From positions 10,850,001 to 10,914,000 of the forward strand of contig OU015569.1 in the NCBI GenBank assembly GCA_907165135.1: a DNA stretch of 64,000 nucleotides. The letters run 5' to 3'. The position numbers were made by a program, and so were the translations under genes. Shown in pieces: positions 25,297 through 38,262 of the stretch. The notes under the pieces are model-generated. The model was not told the origin of the DNA and searched no databases. It was given only the letters and a program-made list of their open reading frames with translations. Every line of letters starts with the position of its first letter. Position 1 is the stretch's first letter. The stretch comes from Oikopleura dioica. Its lineage: Eukaryota > Animalia > Chordata.

Positions 25297-27866
25297 CTAC
25301 TCTTCCGGAACGACTTGCAGCGCAATTTGAATCAATTTTGTGACTTCTGCGAATTTTCCTCCGCTGGCATTTTGGTCCTTCTTGTTTCCTAATACTGAGT
25401 AAAGCACCACTCCCAGCAAGATCCAGCCAAGAGCGATCATGAAACCCCAATCAAAACCCTAGAAAAGCAAATTTTAAAGGGTAAAAGAGAAAGAACACTC
25501 ACGTCAAAGAAGGGAACTAGAATAAGAAAGGTGCCAATGACAGAGATAATGTAGGGGAACGCTATTGGAACTTTGAATAATCGAGGATGTTGTTCGATTG
25601 GCATTCGTTTTCTGAGCGTGATGGTGGCAAAACAAGCGGATGTGTGGAAGATCCACATGCAGAACGAAAAATAATTTACCAGCGAGTCGAAGTCATTCGG
25701 CCAAATCATCAGCGTTGCTAAAATTGTCCGTTTCTCTCTAAACATACGCCAAGAATTTTACCAATGATGCCATTGAACATGACAGCGGGGACGGGAGTCA
25801 TGCGCTTTACGTGGATCATTGAGAGCACATGAGGGTATTGACCCTTTCGTGCCGCGCAGTAGGGAACTCGAGCGGCGGTGAAACAGGAGATCAAGCAGGT
25901 ACCAAAGACAGAAGCCATCACCATGACAGGAATGATCTTGTCCAGCCCGGGGAGGAATGTGACTCGACTTGCGAAGGCAGTACCGACTGCGCTGGCATCG
26001 AGGAGCCCATTGACACCCAGGACGGAAAGATACGCGTAGTTCGTGAACAGGTAGAGGATCGTAACTGAGCTCATGGCGATGATGATTGCGCGGGGCAAGT
26101 TCTTCCCTGGGTTGACTACTTCTTCGGAAATGTAGTTGAGCTGGTTCCAACCGTCGTACGCCCAGAGACCTTGGTAAAGCGAGAGGCCCACAGCGCCGAT
26201 GGATGGCATCGCTACCTCGTTTGTTTCATAGTTGACGAAGGCCGTGGCCGGGGCGAATGTTTCTTTAATTGTTTGGCCCATGAACGTCAGCACCAATCCG
26301 GCGATAATAATGATGCCGATGGAGATCACTTTTCCATAGCCGAAGATCTTATTGAAGAAATTTTAGTTCAATTGTCGAACAAATAAATTTGTACCTTGAG
26401 AATTTGATTGGTGAGTTTGACAGAAGCACAGTTAATCGCTACAACGAGCCAGATGATACTCATGGCGAAAAACTTCTCCGCGTAAGGAGACAGTTCCCCA
26501 CACAAATTGTATCCCATGATCGACTCTATCGAGCTGAATATACGGATGATAATATCGAAGACAAATGATAGGGAGTATCGCAAGACATTGCAAGAGCAAA
26601 TACCTTAGCGTGTATTTGGCGCATGTGAGCGACAAAATCGCGAACGAAGACGGTTTCAGGATTGTCGAGCATGTCCAGGCAAACATGAACGCTGGCCACT
26701 TTCCGCCCTTGTATCCTTTGTACAGGATGGGATACTCACCGCCTGACTCGTTCACTAGTGTGCCAACTTCAGCGTAGCACAGGGCGCCTATGGTTGCTAC
26801 AACTCCAGCCAGCATCCATGAAATCAAGGAGAAGCCGGCGGATCCCGTCAGTCGCAAAACACCTACAAATCGAAGAATATTTAGGGTCGTTAGGCCAAGA
26901 TCTTAAATAACCTTTAGGGGATACAAAAATACCACTTCCAATTTGGCTTCCTATAATAACGAAAATCGCTCCAATGAGATCCACTTCTCTTCTCAATTTA
27001 ACAGTGGAGCCTTTTGGATCGTCGGAATCGTCATCATCACTCTCGCCTTTCTTCTTCTCTGCATTTTCTCTCAGTCGAATGCTCTCATCAATCTTTCGGT
27101 TCATCTTTTCGGCCTTTTCGAAGAGTTCATCTTCTTCCTCCGGCGACAGATACTCTGAAACAATATTGCATCCTCTGAGGTGGCAATTGCACGGCGGAAT
27201 GCCTGTTTGTCAAGTTCAAAATCCCTGTTTTTCCAAAATAGGGAATCCGAAAAAAAATTGATTATTTTGAATTTTGTTCTCTACGGGCCCGGGGCGAAAA
27301 AAATTTTCTTTTCTTTTTTGAACATTTCCTTGGCGACCTTCTGCCAAACACATTTGATTTTTCTCTAGTTTTTTTCTGACAAGTTTGACGAGTTAGCCTT
27401 GCTTTTATCGAGCTGGGAAAAAAAGGACAATCTCTCAATCTGAGACAGGATCAGTTGATAGTCAGATAGTGGAACGGCTCGCAAAAAATATGTGTCTGCG
27501 TTTCGCCCCGCCCGAGAAAAATCTCCTGAGTCCGGATATGACGCAAAATTGGCGAAGGCGAGTAGGCGGCCCCTGCTCCACCAACTAAATACTCCACCAG
27601 ATTTTGTAAAAGGAAAATCGCGTACTATGCTTTTTAGGTACAATCAATTAATCAGTTGAAAAAACATTACTAGTGTGAAAAAGTCTCTAGAAATCGCACT
27701 TTTCCAGTCTTTCTGACTGATTTTTGTCCATAATTTCATGTTCTAAAGGCCATTCTTGACAGTAACAGATATTCCTATTGTCAAAAAGCATACCTTTACT
27801 GTCATTTTTATCCGTTCTTCCTAAAGTAGCAAAATTAGACTCGCTAAGCTCCACTTCGCTTTGCAT
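25297..27866 (-). CDS. SLC7 L-type/heteromeric amino-acid transporter light chain
   Basis: First exon MQSEVELSE... is in phase with the next exon. Motifs IGSQIGSGIFVSPKG, ALCYAEVGT...SGGEY, LYQGLWAYDGWNQLNYISEEVVNPGKNLP and LVPEE-like end VVPEE*. Confidence 0.92.
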
Positions 27867-28684
27867 CCTTCTCTTTCCCGGATACCTCTATTGTCCAGTT
27901 TATTCTTCTAACATAAACCTGAAGAGAGAGGAAAAAAATCTTGTGCGGGCCCATGAGGTCCCAGGAGGTCGCCTCAGAAAAGTTACGATCAAGATGGTGA
28001 GGCGGACGCTTGATGAGCTTTTCTTTATCACCAGAGGGAACTTTGATATTTCTTTATTACGATGATAATAAAATCTACAATAAATACTTTCTGATTCTAT
28101 TTATGCGCCTTTTTAATTAAAATCATAGCTTGAGTAAATAGACAGGCAAATTGATGGAAAGAACACTTTAGAAATTTGTCTCTAGAACCGAAGTTGTTGT
28201 CAGGGCTTATTTTCAAATTTGTATCAGTTCCCGAGCTTCTTCGGGTCCGAAGCTGCCGAAAAAGAGGTAATATTCAATTTCGTTGTATTTTTATAACTCT
28301 TGTTTGTAGATAAGATTTCCGAAGTCGAAGCTGGCTATGAGGACAAGTACTTCTCTAAGACAGGAGATCTATAAAAAGTAACAGAAACACTGTTCTACCA
28401 ATTTATTTTTTTCCTTCGAGGAAAATTGAATACACACTTGTCGGATTTTTTAAAATTTTCTTGTCTTATATTCTTTTGCAGGAGTAAGTTAGGTTAGATT
28501 CGGTTGTTTTGGATGTCATAAGTTGAAGGAAATTGGAATATATCTTCTGGAGGGTCCGTTTATTTGTTTGCTTGAACAGAAAATTGCACCGGGTTTTATG
28601 CTTTGTTCATTTTGCCAGGTGCATTAAGTAGATTGTAGTGCAGCAGAGTAATAGTTTTTATTATCTGTTAGGAAGTTACAGTAT

Positions 28685-30234
28685 TCATGGGTTGACAGCT
28701 TTCACGAGCATACTGGCGGGATTGAGTTCCAGGAAGGTGATGGTTCCGGTGACATCGACGACGGGACAGGACTGGATATCAACTCGGTAGGCGATTCCGA
28801 CCTGAGTGAGCCATTCGAGAGCTTGGAGAGAGATGGCAGAGGCGGTGTTGGAAGTTGGAGTGTTGGCCCACAAGTCAGTGATGTCCAAAGTACCGTCGTA
28901 CTCATTGACGAAGCCCCAGCCGGGAGAGACACCAGCTAGAAAATGTATTTGAGGGTGTTTTTTAAACAATTGGAAAGGTACCTTCAACGTTGAAAGTGAC
29001 GGCGCAGTTGACTGTGAGGTCGATTCTCGGAGCGGCAATGGCTCTTGAGGGTCCGATGTGACTGGCCGGTTGGATGTAATCGGTCAAGTTGACGATTCTG
29101 TTCTCGGTCCACTCGACTGGTGGGTAGCTGCTTCCAGATGGCCATCCAGCAAGTGGTTCGATGACGGCAGCCTCGGTAGTTTCTACGATGTAGCTGTTGT
29201 CGACAGAAACAGTGACATCAACGGCAGGATCGGTGAAGGAGCAGCCGGCGTAGTTGGCGCCAGAAACGTAGTAGTGGAACGCTCGGATTGGGCCAGAGAA
29301 CTGGTTAGAGAAGTGAGTCTGGGGGAAGACGAAGATTCGGTGGTTGTCAGCGATGCTGGGATCGGTGTAGATGAAGTTGGGGTCAACGTCAGCGTCGACT
29401 CGAATGGATGGACAGCCGGCGGGGAATTGCACTTTCACAGCTAAAATTTTTAATGAAAAATTGTTCATTTTTTTAATGGTGGCATACCGATGACGTATCC
29501 GAGAGAATCAGCGGCAGCGGTAGCTCCAACTGCGCCAGAATCAACCCTGACGAAGTTTGCGTTGGTGAAATCAGTTGGAAGAAGAATCTGTCCAGCGAAT
29601 CCTCCACCGCCTTCGTAGAGAGCACCTGGCTGGTGAACGAGGGTGCTTGTCGACGATTGAGCGAGAACTTCGGAAGGTGAGCCGTAAGCGGCACCAACAG
29701 TCGGGGTGATCTGCCATCGGTAGACTTTGTTTCCTGCGGGTTGAGCAAGGGCGAAGGTGGTAATGCCGTTGTTGATGGAGCTCTCGGGGTACCAGAGAAA
29801 GGTTGGTAGTCGGTAACGTTGGCGTAGTTGCCGGCAAGCTCTTGATAGGTAAAGGCGTAGTTGGTGTGGGTGCTATCATAAGTCCAGGAGAAAATGAAGG
29901 CAGGTGTAGTTCCATCAGCCAGGTAGCCAAGGGAGGCTTGGACGTCGTAGAGAGAGTTTACAACGGTGCCGCCACCGGTTCGACCGGAAATTCCACTTGA
30001 AAGAGATCGACCACCAGCGAGTGGGTCGAAAGTGGACGGTTCGGCAGTGCCAGCTTCAGTAGTCTGGAAGGTGTTTGGTCGAGCAGTAGTCTCGGCAGGG
30101 AGCTCGGTCTCGAAGCCAGCAGTGGAGGCTGTTGTTTCAAAGCCAGTGGTGCCAGTAGCCATGGCGATGGTGGTTGTCTCAAAGTAGTCCTGCGCTCTGG
30201 CGAGAGCGCTGAGAGCAAACGGGATTATCCGCAT
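28685..30234 (-). CDS. Secreted Thr-rich, FN3-like extracellular protein with a 1-nt frameshift near 29795 (pseudogene allele or sequence error)
   Basis: Signal MRIIPFALSALARA. Frame 1 reads to FSWTYD...YAFTYQ...DYQPF. The shifted frame continues WYPESSINNGITTFAL...VYRWQITPTVGAAYGSPSEV, open to a GT donor near 29485. Two further in-phase exons follow. Confidence 0.7.
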
Positions 30235-30912
30235 TCTTATTCTTGATTTTTACTCTTCTGAGTCTCTTTGTTTGTCCGGCTTGGTCGGACGTTTTTTGAC
30301 TGACATCTTCTCGGCGGTGGCTTCTTTTTAAAGCCTAGCGGTTCGCTGCGGTTGAGCGCAGTGGGGGCGCTAGAATTTTCCCATGACTACGGTTCTCGCT
30401 AAACCATCCAGTTTATGATGTAATTAGGTGCTGATTAGGGTTCCACTAATATGTCGCTAATGGTGTGCTGAGTGCTCCTCAAGTGCGCCTTGATAGCCAT
30501 CGCAGTTCTAGTTCTCAGCACAGTTCTTATCTGCGGCTTATTGCAGGGTTATTTCCGGACGTTCAATTCTCAATCACGAAAAAGAAAACCTCAATAATTG
30601 CGTCAACACCCAAGTTTCTCTCCAAAAGCAGAAGAAGCGGTGATTCTCATTGTGGAATCTGGCCATGTCTAAAATTTGACCATTCCAGCCGAAACTATGT
30701 TTGCGATGTGGAGCCTAACAAAATATCAAGAAATTCTCAAACAGTTTCAAACGGCGCAATTGGCCCAAGCAGAATTTGCATTTTTCAGCTTCCAAAAATA
30801 CTAAAATACTTCTGACATTTTCGATTTTTATATATATTTTTTTTAACTAAATTTGCGAAACTAAATCAAGAGAGAGAATAATTTTGAATGGATACGTAGC
30901 TTCCTTCAAGTC

Positions 30913-31745
30913 ATGGTTCCTACAGAAGAAGACGAATATGAATCGATCTACTCATACTCGAGCTTTCAAGTGATCCTTTGGGGCCTAACCTGTTTTTATA
31001 TGACTGCAACGCTTGTAATCTGCATTTGGCCGCTTTGGGGACTGATGAATGCAAGCGCTTCTGCCTCAACTTTAGGGCCCATTTTTGGCTTCAAAGGTAT
31101 TTTCATTTCATTTCGACTCTCCTGGTCATTTTCTTCTTTTAGGCCTCTTTGTACAGTGCATTCAATACATGTCCGGACAATACCAGTGCGACAACTATTT
31201 ACATGCAGTATTTAAACAGCCGATGAATTTGGTATTTATCCGCACCTTCGGGGTCTTGTCCATGATTCTCGCTTGCATCGGGACCGGCCTCTGTCTCCTT
31301 GGCTTAGATTGCATCCGCGTCGCTGAGACAAATGAAAGCAAGTAGACATTTCTTATCATTTTAATATTCAAAACAGCACATGATTATTATCATGTGAAGA
31401 ACAACAATCCAAATCCTTGATGTCCGTGAGAGCTGACCTAAATTCTTTTTAGAAAACAAGAAAAAGCTGCAGCGAGGAGGACTCGGATGCATCTTCTTCT
31501 CCGGCGTGTGCTTGTCCTCCATAAGCATCTGGTTCGCAGTCGTCGTCAAGAAAGAATTCAATTGGTACGATAACGTTCCAGAACTGGCCGTGTCCAGCGA
31601 TTTCTTGAAATACGAATATGGAGGCTGCGTCTATGCTGGATTCATTTTATCCTTGCTTTGCTACGTTTTGGTCTGGTTCTGGCTACAAGCTTCTTTTGGC
31701 AAGAAGAATACTGCCATGTCCATGGATTATTCAGGAAAAGTTTAA
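30913..31745 (+). CDS. Claudin/PMP22-family four-TM protein
   Basis: W...GLFVQCIQYMSGQYQC extracellular-loop signature, four hydrophobic segments and YEYGGCVYAG. Introns 31098-31142 (GT-AG) and 31338-31452 (GC-AG). Confidence 0.85.
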
Positions 31746-31892
31746 AATTTACCTCTTTTCATTATCCTTTCGAAATTCATATGAAATTAAGGGTGTCAAC
31801 AAAGAAATTATCAATCGATGTTGACAACCTTTATAATGGCTTTGGAAAGGGAATGATTTTAGTTAGGAGTCTATGAGAATATAACGAAAACC

Positions 31893-32042
31893 CTGAATAT
31901 GTCACTAATGTCACGAATGTAACGAAAACATGCCTTTTCTTCGTGACATATTCAGGGAAATCGTGACATTCGTTACATTCGTGTCATTCGTTACATTCAT
32001 GACATTCGTGACATAACGTGACATTCGTGACATTTGTGAAAA
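31893..32042. repeat. Interspersed element of 9-bp (cgtgacatt) units, copy 1
   Basis: Arms of aatgtcacg / cgtgacatt around a spacer gaaaacatgc...tcgtgacat; homologous in inverted orientation to 41284-41453. Confidence 0.8.
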
Positions 32043-33029
32043 TGAGATATCTGCCCGCTGCGGTCAAGGGAGCATTTCTCACGATTCTAGCACGGGCTTA
32101 CATGTGATATGTCAAAGATGAAAATTTTAAACTGGTAAAGAAGAAATGGAATCAAGTGGCAGTGGAAGCGAAATTCTGTCGCAAGAGGATCAAGAAATAT
32201 TGAACAAGTTCCAGTTTAGAAAATCACATGGCGAATCTAGACAAGTAAGCGTCCCGTTAATTGACTGCAAATCTTGACTGACAATTGCAAATTCTTATTT
32301 CAGACGCAATCTGTCGTGAGGACGATGAGTGGCTTTGGAAATGACGCCCAAGCAGAAGCGAACTCGTACCAGGGACGCGGTGACGACATTTTCTTTATGT
32401 CGTGCTAGTGAACTTTGCTTAGTCACCGTAAAAAAGTCGGGAGAAAGTCGGACTGCTTTTATTTGAGGCGCCAATTCTAGAATTTTTGAAATCCGGCCAG
32501 CTGTTTGTTGCCAACTTGTAAACTTACTTTCCAACCTGTGAACTATACTGAAGCTTACACTGAAAATAAATTCATGCAAAAGACAGACAGTCTTTTCTTA
32601 TGTAATGATTAACAGAAAATGATGATCATCGTGAGAAACGATCAATTACACTTAGATGTTTGTGAGAAACCGGTCGGGACGATTTCTCGCAGACAAGCGA
32701 GCTTCTTTTGAGCCAAAAAGCTCGTGTAAAACGAATCAAACCCACTCCTTCTCTTTTTTCTAGACCACAGCATATTTTTTTGAGAAAACGACGCAAAAAA
32801 TGAGCTAAACCTAAAAAATAGAAAATGAGCTGGAGACCTCCTTCGCGAATTGACCCACGGAAACCGGCCAGAGATCAGACAAAGAGTCAGCAAGAGATTT
32901 ACCAAGGAACGGTTATCAGAACTTTTTCATTTCTTCCCGGATTTTCGTGACCAAAAATAATAGAGCGAAATTTGGGACGGCGCGAAAACGGATACGCTCT
33001 TCCCCGAGAGCTACATACAAGAGTTTTTA

Positions 33030-34972
33030 GGGATGAAAGTTCCTCGACGATCAACAGCTTTTCGACCAGGGCTGATACGTTTTATCAACCTCCATCAACA
33101 ATAGGAGCGCGTTCACCGAGTTCCAAGGCTATTTCCTTTTTTTCCTTTCGTGAATTCTAAAAAAGTCGATTTGGACAACTTCGAAGATCGAGCAGATTTC
33201 TCTCAATTTTCAAATTTGCCATCTGGAATCGGCGCCCGTCCTGGCCGCATTTCCCAAGCCGCGACGTATATCTCAGACGGGGAATTTTCGCTTCCAGATC
33301 CGATGTCGCAGATGGGATACTCTCATGCTTCGATTCCCAGGGATGGCAGATACCAGGGGCAGCCATCCTTGCCCGTGTTTGGGAGTCGAATTGGCAGCGA
33401 AAACTCATTCCAGCGAAAACGGTAAGGAATAAGAGGAGCTTTTCATTTTGAATTGATGTTTATAGCAAAAATTCTGCTCCGATCAGCACTTGCGTCATCA
33501 CTGGCAAAAATAATAACAGAAGCCAGAATGTTAATAGGAAACGGAACAACCATACTCATATAACATGAATATTAATAGTATTAGTAATGATAAACAATGT
33601 CAGTTCTGTTGAAAGATCAGCATCCTCAAGCTCCCATCGCATCCGGCTAGATTTGACGATCGACAATCATAATCATAATGCATCAGGTGTCGCTAGAACT
33701 ACTTCCAGTCGACTGATTCCTGGTTATTCTTTCAGAGTCAATCGATTTGACAGGCGACGATGAGGAGGAGGAGGAAGAACTTCGCTTCATGGAAGACTAT
33801 CCGCCAGTGCCCGAGACTCCCAAAGACCCTCCTGGGCCAATTATCCAGCACGAGCGCGTGGACCCGATGAAATTTTTGCCCTTTTTTGACCAAAACCTTG
33901 GCGTCAGTTCCGTCCTCAAATCTAAGAACAAAAATATTGTGAAATTCAACGAGCACGACGAAATCAAAATTAAAGTTATTATGGCGCGAGGAAGAGTTCA
34001 AAATTATAAACAAAAAAAATAACTACCGTTATTCAACAACTATAAGTATTGAACTCTGTAAAAGTTGAAGTGATCGACGGAACGACCTACTTGCGCGACC
34101 CTTACAGTCTGTCCGACACTACAACAACTACTATCATTGGTTCGTCGGACTAGTTATCATTAGGATTATCATTCGAGCTGCCCCTAACCCAAACCCTAAC
34201 CCAGGGGGCTACGCCCCCTCCCCCGGAACCCCGTTTCCCCCACCTAAGCCTGGGGGGGCGTCACCCCCCCCCCCCCGTTAAGAGTTCCCAGTCCCTAACC
34301 CTAACCACTAGCCCAGATTCTAGACTCTAGAGATACTGGATGGCTTGAATCATAGGCTCGAATGATAGCCCCTCTCTTCGACCAGAAACTTATGCAAAAT
34401 TTCAGCCACTTTTGATGATGTAAAATACTGCCTGCGACACCAAGACCTTGTCATGCTGACCGATGTGAGAGCAGAAGTATGTTTTAAATTTAATTACTAT
34501 TTCGCAGCATCGCTTTTTTAAGTACAAGTTGGCGTTTGATACACAAGCAGAACCAACGATGAGTGTTCACAAAATCATCTTCTTCATTCACGAGCAAAAC
34601 GTTGTTTTCTCCGCTTACGGTAAGTGCTTATCTGCGTTGAAAATTAACAAGCAATAAATGAACATTGTAGCTCAGCCGTTCGAGTGGAAGTTTGAGCCTG
34701 GGCCAGTGAGTCCCCAATCCTTCTCTCGGTACCAGGAATCATACGATGACGAGCTACAACTGCCAGACGCAAAGAGCTTCAACGAGGAGTTTTCCAAAAC
34801 TCGCTCCGCGGGTTCAGAAGGTCTCTCCTCACCTGGCTCCTCATCCGAAACTCAAGAGCAAGGGGAAGAAACAATTTTGGAGAAGAGCACTTCGAACGAC
34901 TTCGATTTGAGCTTCAACGATGCTCATTTAGGCAATGACAATATGAATATTGGAGAAATGGAAACTAATTGA
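33030..34972 (+). CDS. Hypothetical protein with disordered ends and a possible HROB/MCM8IP-like OB fold
   Basis: Exons give IKVIMAR..VKVEVIDGTTYLRDP..KISATFDDVKYCLRHQDLVMLTDVRA..IIFFIHEQNVV. By eye this parallels HROB MAVMIK..ASVVFKDP..MQGTVH..LKPGSVLLLKQI..LNVTPNNLV. Some junctions are ambiguous. Confidence 0.4.
34167..34367. mobile_element. Inverted-repeat element with telomere-motif core, in an intron
   Basis: 12-bp IR tatcattcgagc / gctcgaatgata. The core has ccctaacccaaaccctaa, gggggctacgccccc (hairpin) and ccctaaccctaa. Confidence 0.6.
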
Positions 34973-35400
34973 TTCTTCCTTGCATGATTCTCAGTATCTT
35001 TTGTTTTTAATAAAAAAAAAGAAAATGCCAATAAAAAATAGGTCCCAAATTCAAACTTTAACGGATTGAGACCCTTATTTTTCTTTTTGTTTTTTTTTCT
35101 TTTCGATGAAGACGTTCCACACTGACGGATAATTTCGGCTTCTGCCGTTGCGCTTGACCTCCGGCAATTCGGTAAAACGAACCCACAAAGCATTTTATTT
35201 CTGAAAAAAGATCGAAGCTGGATTGAGAAAACTCAACCCTTTTCTTCAAAAAGTAGAGACAGGAAAAACAAACTCTCCGGTAGCTACCTGTAGCATAAGC
35301 ATTTCGCCGAATGCAGCGAGGAAAGAAGAAAAGAACATGGACAGTGTGAGGTAGAGTCCGCATTTTCAAATCTAGGCTAGTCAGTGTGGGCACTCAACAC

Positions 35401-35828
35401 CAGGGTTCGGTATTTTGAACTCGCAAAATTATTCGTTTTTCATTTGAATTTCTATTTATTCGTTTACGAATATTCTCTAATGAGCGAATATGCAAAACGA
35501 ATGAAAACGAATTTTCTCGGAGAATTTTTCAGAAATTCAGCGAATTTCTCAAATATTCGCTTTGCCGCGCGCTCTGATTGGTCGGGCTTTGACGTTGCGC
35601 AGCCTATAATTTTATTTTCACCGCCCAAATAACCTTAAAGCTCGCGGGCGCCACCCTTTTCTCACCCGCGGCCCTGGAGTTCAGCCAATCCAGGGCTGTA
35701 CGCTCAATTTCGAGCGAATATTCGCCCGAATAGGCGATTCGCGAACAATCGCTCATTCGCTTAAGAAAAGAGCATATTCGCTGCGTGTATTGGCGAATTT
35801 TTCGACGAATTCAAAATACCGAACCCTG
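35401..35828. mobile_element. hAT-type MITE, 428 bp
   Basis: TIR cagggttcggtattttgaa / ttcaaaataccgaaccctg. Perfect 8-bp TSD ctcaacac. Confidence 0.9.
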
Positions 35829-36073
35829 CTCAACACGCGTGATACTCTCACTTCTATGCTTTTTAAAAAATGACGAAGAAAAAATAATTGATGTTTATTT
35901 GATTCCTAGCCCATCTGTTAACGAAGAAGTTGGTTGATTTTTTTTAATTTGGAAGGGATTTTTTAGCTAAAATTTAAAACTTCCAACAAAGAAATAACTT
36001 TTTCTCCTCGTTTTTTATGAAAATTGGGTTATTTTTAGCCGTTAGAGAGAAAGAGTGTCGCTCTATTTTTAGA

Positions 36074-36252
36074 CTGGGCTCGGCAACCTGTGTAAAAAAC
36101 CTGACTCAGGTTTTCAAGAGCTAAAATGAAAAGTCGCGTAGCAATACAATCACTCTTATCAGTATTAAAATATTGGCGAAGCCGCTTTGCGGCTTTTCAT
36201 TTTAGCTCTTGAAAACCTTAGTCAGGTTTTCTACACAGGTTGCCGAGCCCTG
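36074..36252. mobile_element. hAT-type MITE, 179 bp, near-complete palindrome, same family as 12301-12903
   Basis: About 60-bp arms starting ctgggctcggcaacctgtgta and ending tacacaggttgccgagccctg. Perfect 8-bp TSD tttttaga. Confidence 0.9.
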
Positions 36253-36912
36253 TTTTTAGAGTAGAGCTGGAAGAATATCCATACTGAATAATGAAAGAGT
36301 CAAAGAGTTCCAGTTGGAATAGCCTTTACTCAAATATTTATTCTTTTTAGCGTCATTTCTTACCTGAAATATTTAAATCAAAGACTAGCTAGAATACAGA
36401 TTTTAGTTCTGAAATTAGCTGGCTCCGAGCGCTCAGCTGGATAATTATGATCGCCAAAATTAATCGGCGGCGATGCGTGACGATTCTACTGAAAAAGATC
36501 CGTTGCTAGAGCTCTATTCATTCGCTCTATTCATTTTATTCGTAACGTAAAAACTACTCAGCTTTTAATTGTGCTGGAAAGAAAATTTTCATATAAGCTC
36601 GGTTTCTGTTTCAGAGAAGTAAGAAATTGAATTGTGAAGCTCAATTTTAAGTAGCTCCATTCTTTTTTCTCCTTTTCTCGAATTCAAGTGTGCTTCAGAT
36701 TCTTTAATATTCATCGAACGTGGCCGAAAACGGCTCGGATCACTTCACTAGAAATTTGAGATCAAATTTATTTTGGAAAGAAAGGTTTTTTTTAATTCTA
36801 AGAGTTTTTCTTTTTCAAAAAAAGGTATTTGAGAAAAGAGAAAGAGAAACTCAATTTTTGGGAAATCAAATTGAAGTTTATCGACTTTGATTACTTTAAA
36901 AAAAAATTGTTT

Positions 36913-37821
36913 AGCGGCGGGAGCACGGGGACTGGAACTCGTCGAGGTTCTGACTTATCTCACGTGCGACGCGGCGGGCTCGAACTCCGCTACCCATCGC
37001 AGTTCAAGAAAATCGACTCGGTCATAATCGAAGAAGACGAGTACCGCTCGACCAAGAATGACCGCACGGTCAACTACAGAAAGTGCGTCTGCCCCTTTAT
37101 CGTCGGCGTCGTCTTGATGATCGCCGGCATTGTCCAACGTGAGTCATACAGTCACCTACAGTTGTTTTACAACGTTTTTACAGTCGGCGTTGGCCTCGCG
37201 CTGCGGGATACGTTGGACACGTTGGGTTATTCCGGCGGCATCAGCATCCTTTTCGCGATAATGTGCATGATGCTGTGGTACGCCTGTTCGCTCGAGGTTG
37301 AGGACCGCGAAATGCCACGGGTTTCGCTCCCGAAGAAGTCAAAGGGACCGCCAAAGGTGAGTTGCTTCATTTAGAGCGCGTTTTCTTTGAAGCCATTTTC
37401 TGTCTACTTTTGTCTTCACATTCCGTAATTCGTTATGCTGATTCGATTTTTTCTCTTTTTCTAGTGGCTGAAAAACAACGAGAGCAGGACTCAAAGCCGT
37501 CTCGTCGCTCCCGATACACCTGATCAAACCTTTGCGTGCTTCCCGACCAGATCCAACAATTTAGAAACGTAATTCATGCTTCAATCTTATGAACAATAAT
37601 TTGACTGTTTCTTCGTTAGGAAAGCTGTAGTAGAACTGGACGAGCTTTCAACGTCGACCTCGCACCAGAACCAGAACCACCAACACCTCGACCCTACGAC
37701 GCACGAGAAAAAGTACGCGCTGCCAATGTACGAATCCCCTGTCCCTCGGCCGGTCACGCTCGAGCTGGGCGGAGAAAGCAACCCAGCCTTTGTGGACGAA
37801 TGCAACGACACCCCATGTTAA
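36913..37821 (+). CDS. Two-TM membrane protein (loosely PIRT/TMEM100-like); 5' exons uncertain
   Basis: In-phase exons YRKCVCPFIVGVVLMIAGIVQ|VGVGLALRDTLDTLGYSGGISILFAIMCMMLWYAC..., ending NPAFVDECNDTPC*. Confidence 0.55.
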
Positions 37822-38262
37822 TTCGTGATTTTACACTTCTGACTCAAATGTACATTACTGCACCGAATTGTTCAAAAATAAAGGAAACTAACTGTTTATC
37901 AATTTTTCAAGTCTAATTTTTCAAGATTTCTCAGATGCGTATTTTTGAGCAGGCTTTTGACAATTAAGGATTTAACATATTGACACCCTTATTTTTATTA
38001 GAGAGAAGCTTAGATTCGTGACATTACTTGATTATGAGTGTTTGATTATGGTCTAGGCTCGAGAGAGAGAGAGAGTGCAGTTCAGTATTGGTTCCATGTC
38101 CCTTGGACCGGGGACGAAATTGCCGCGGGCAAGGGTTCGTACCATTCTGCTGGCTCTTGCAGGTTGATACAACGTAAACTTTACTAGAAAGGCTAGCCGG
38201 GCGTCTAGAGAACGTCGCGATGCTTGCCTGAGGAAAAGGACTAGAGATAAAATAGCAGAGAA

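Noticed and set aside
32295-32905. NFU1 N-terminal-like stretch (SKILELAPQIKAVRLSPDFFTVTK)
   Set aside because: Only a short resemblance; no CxxC NifU domain or coherent gene model was found.
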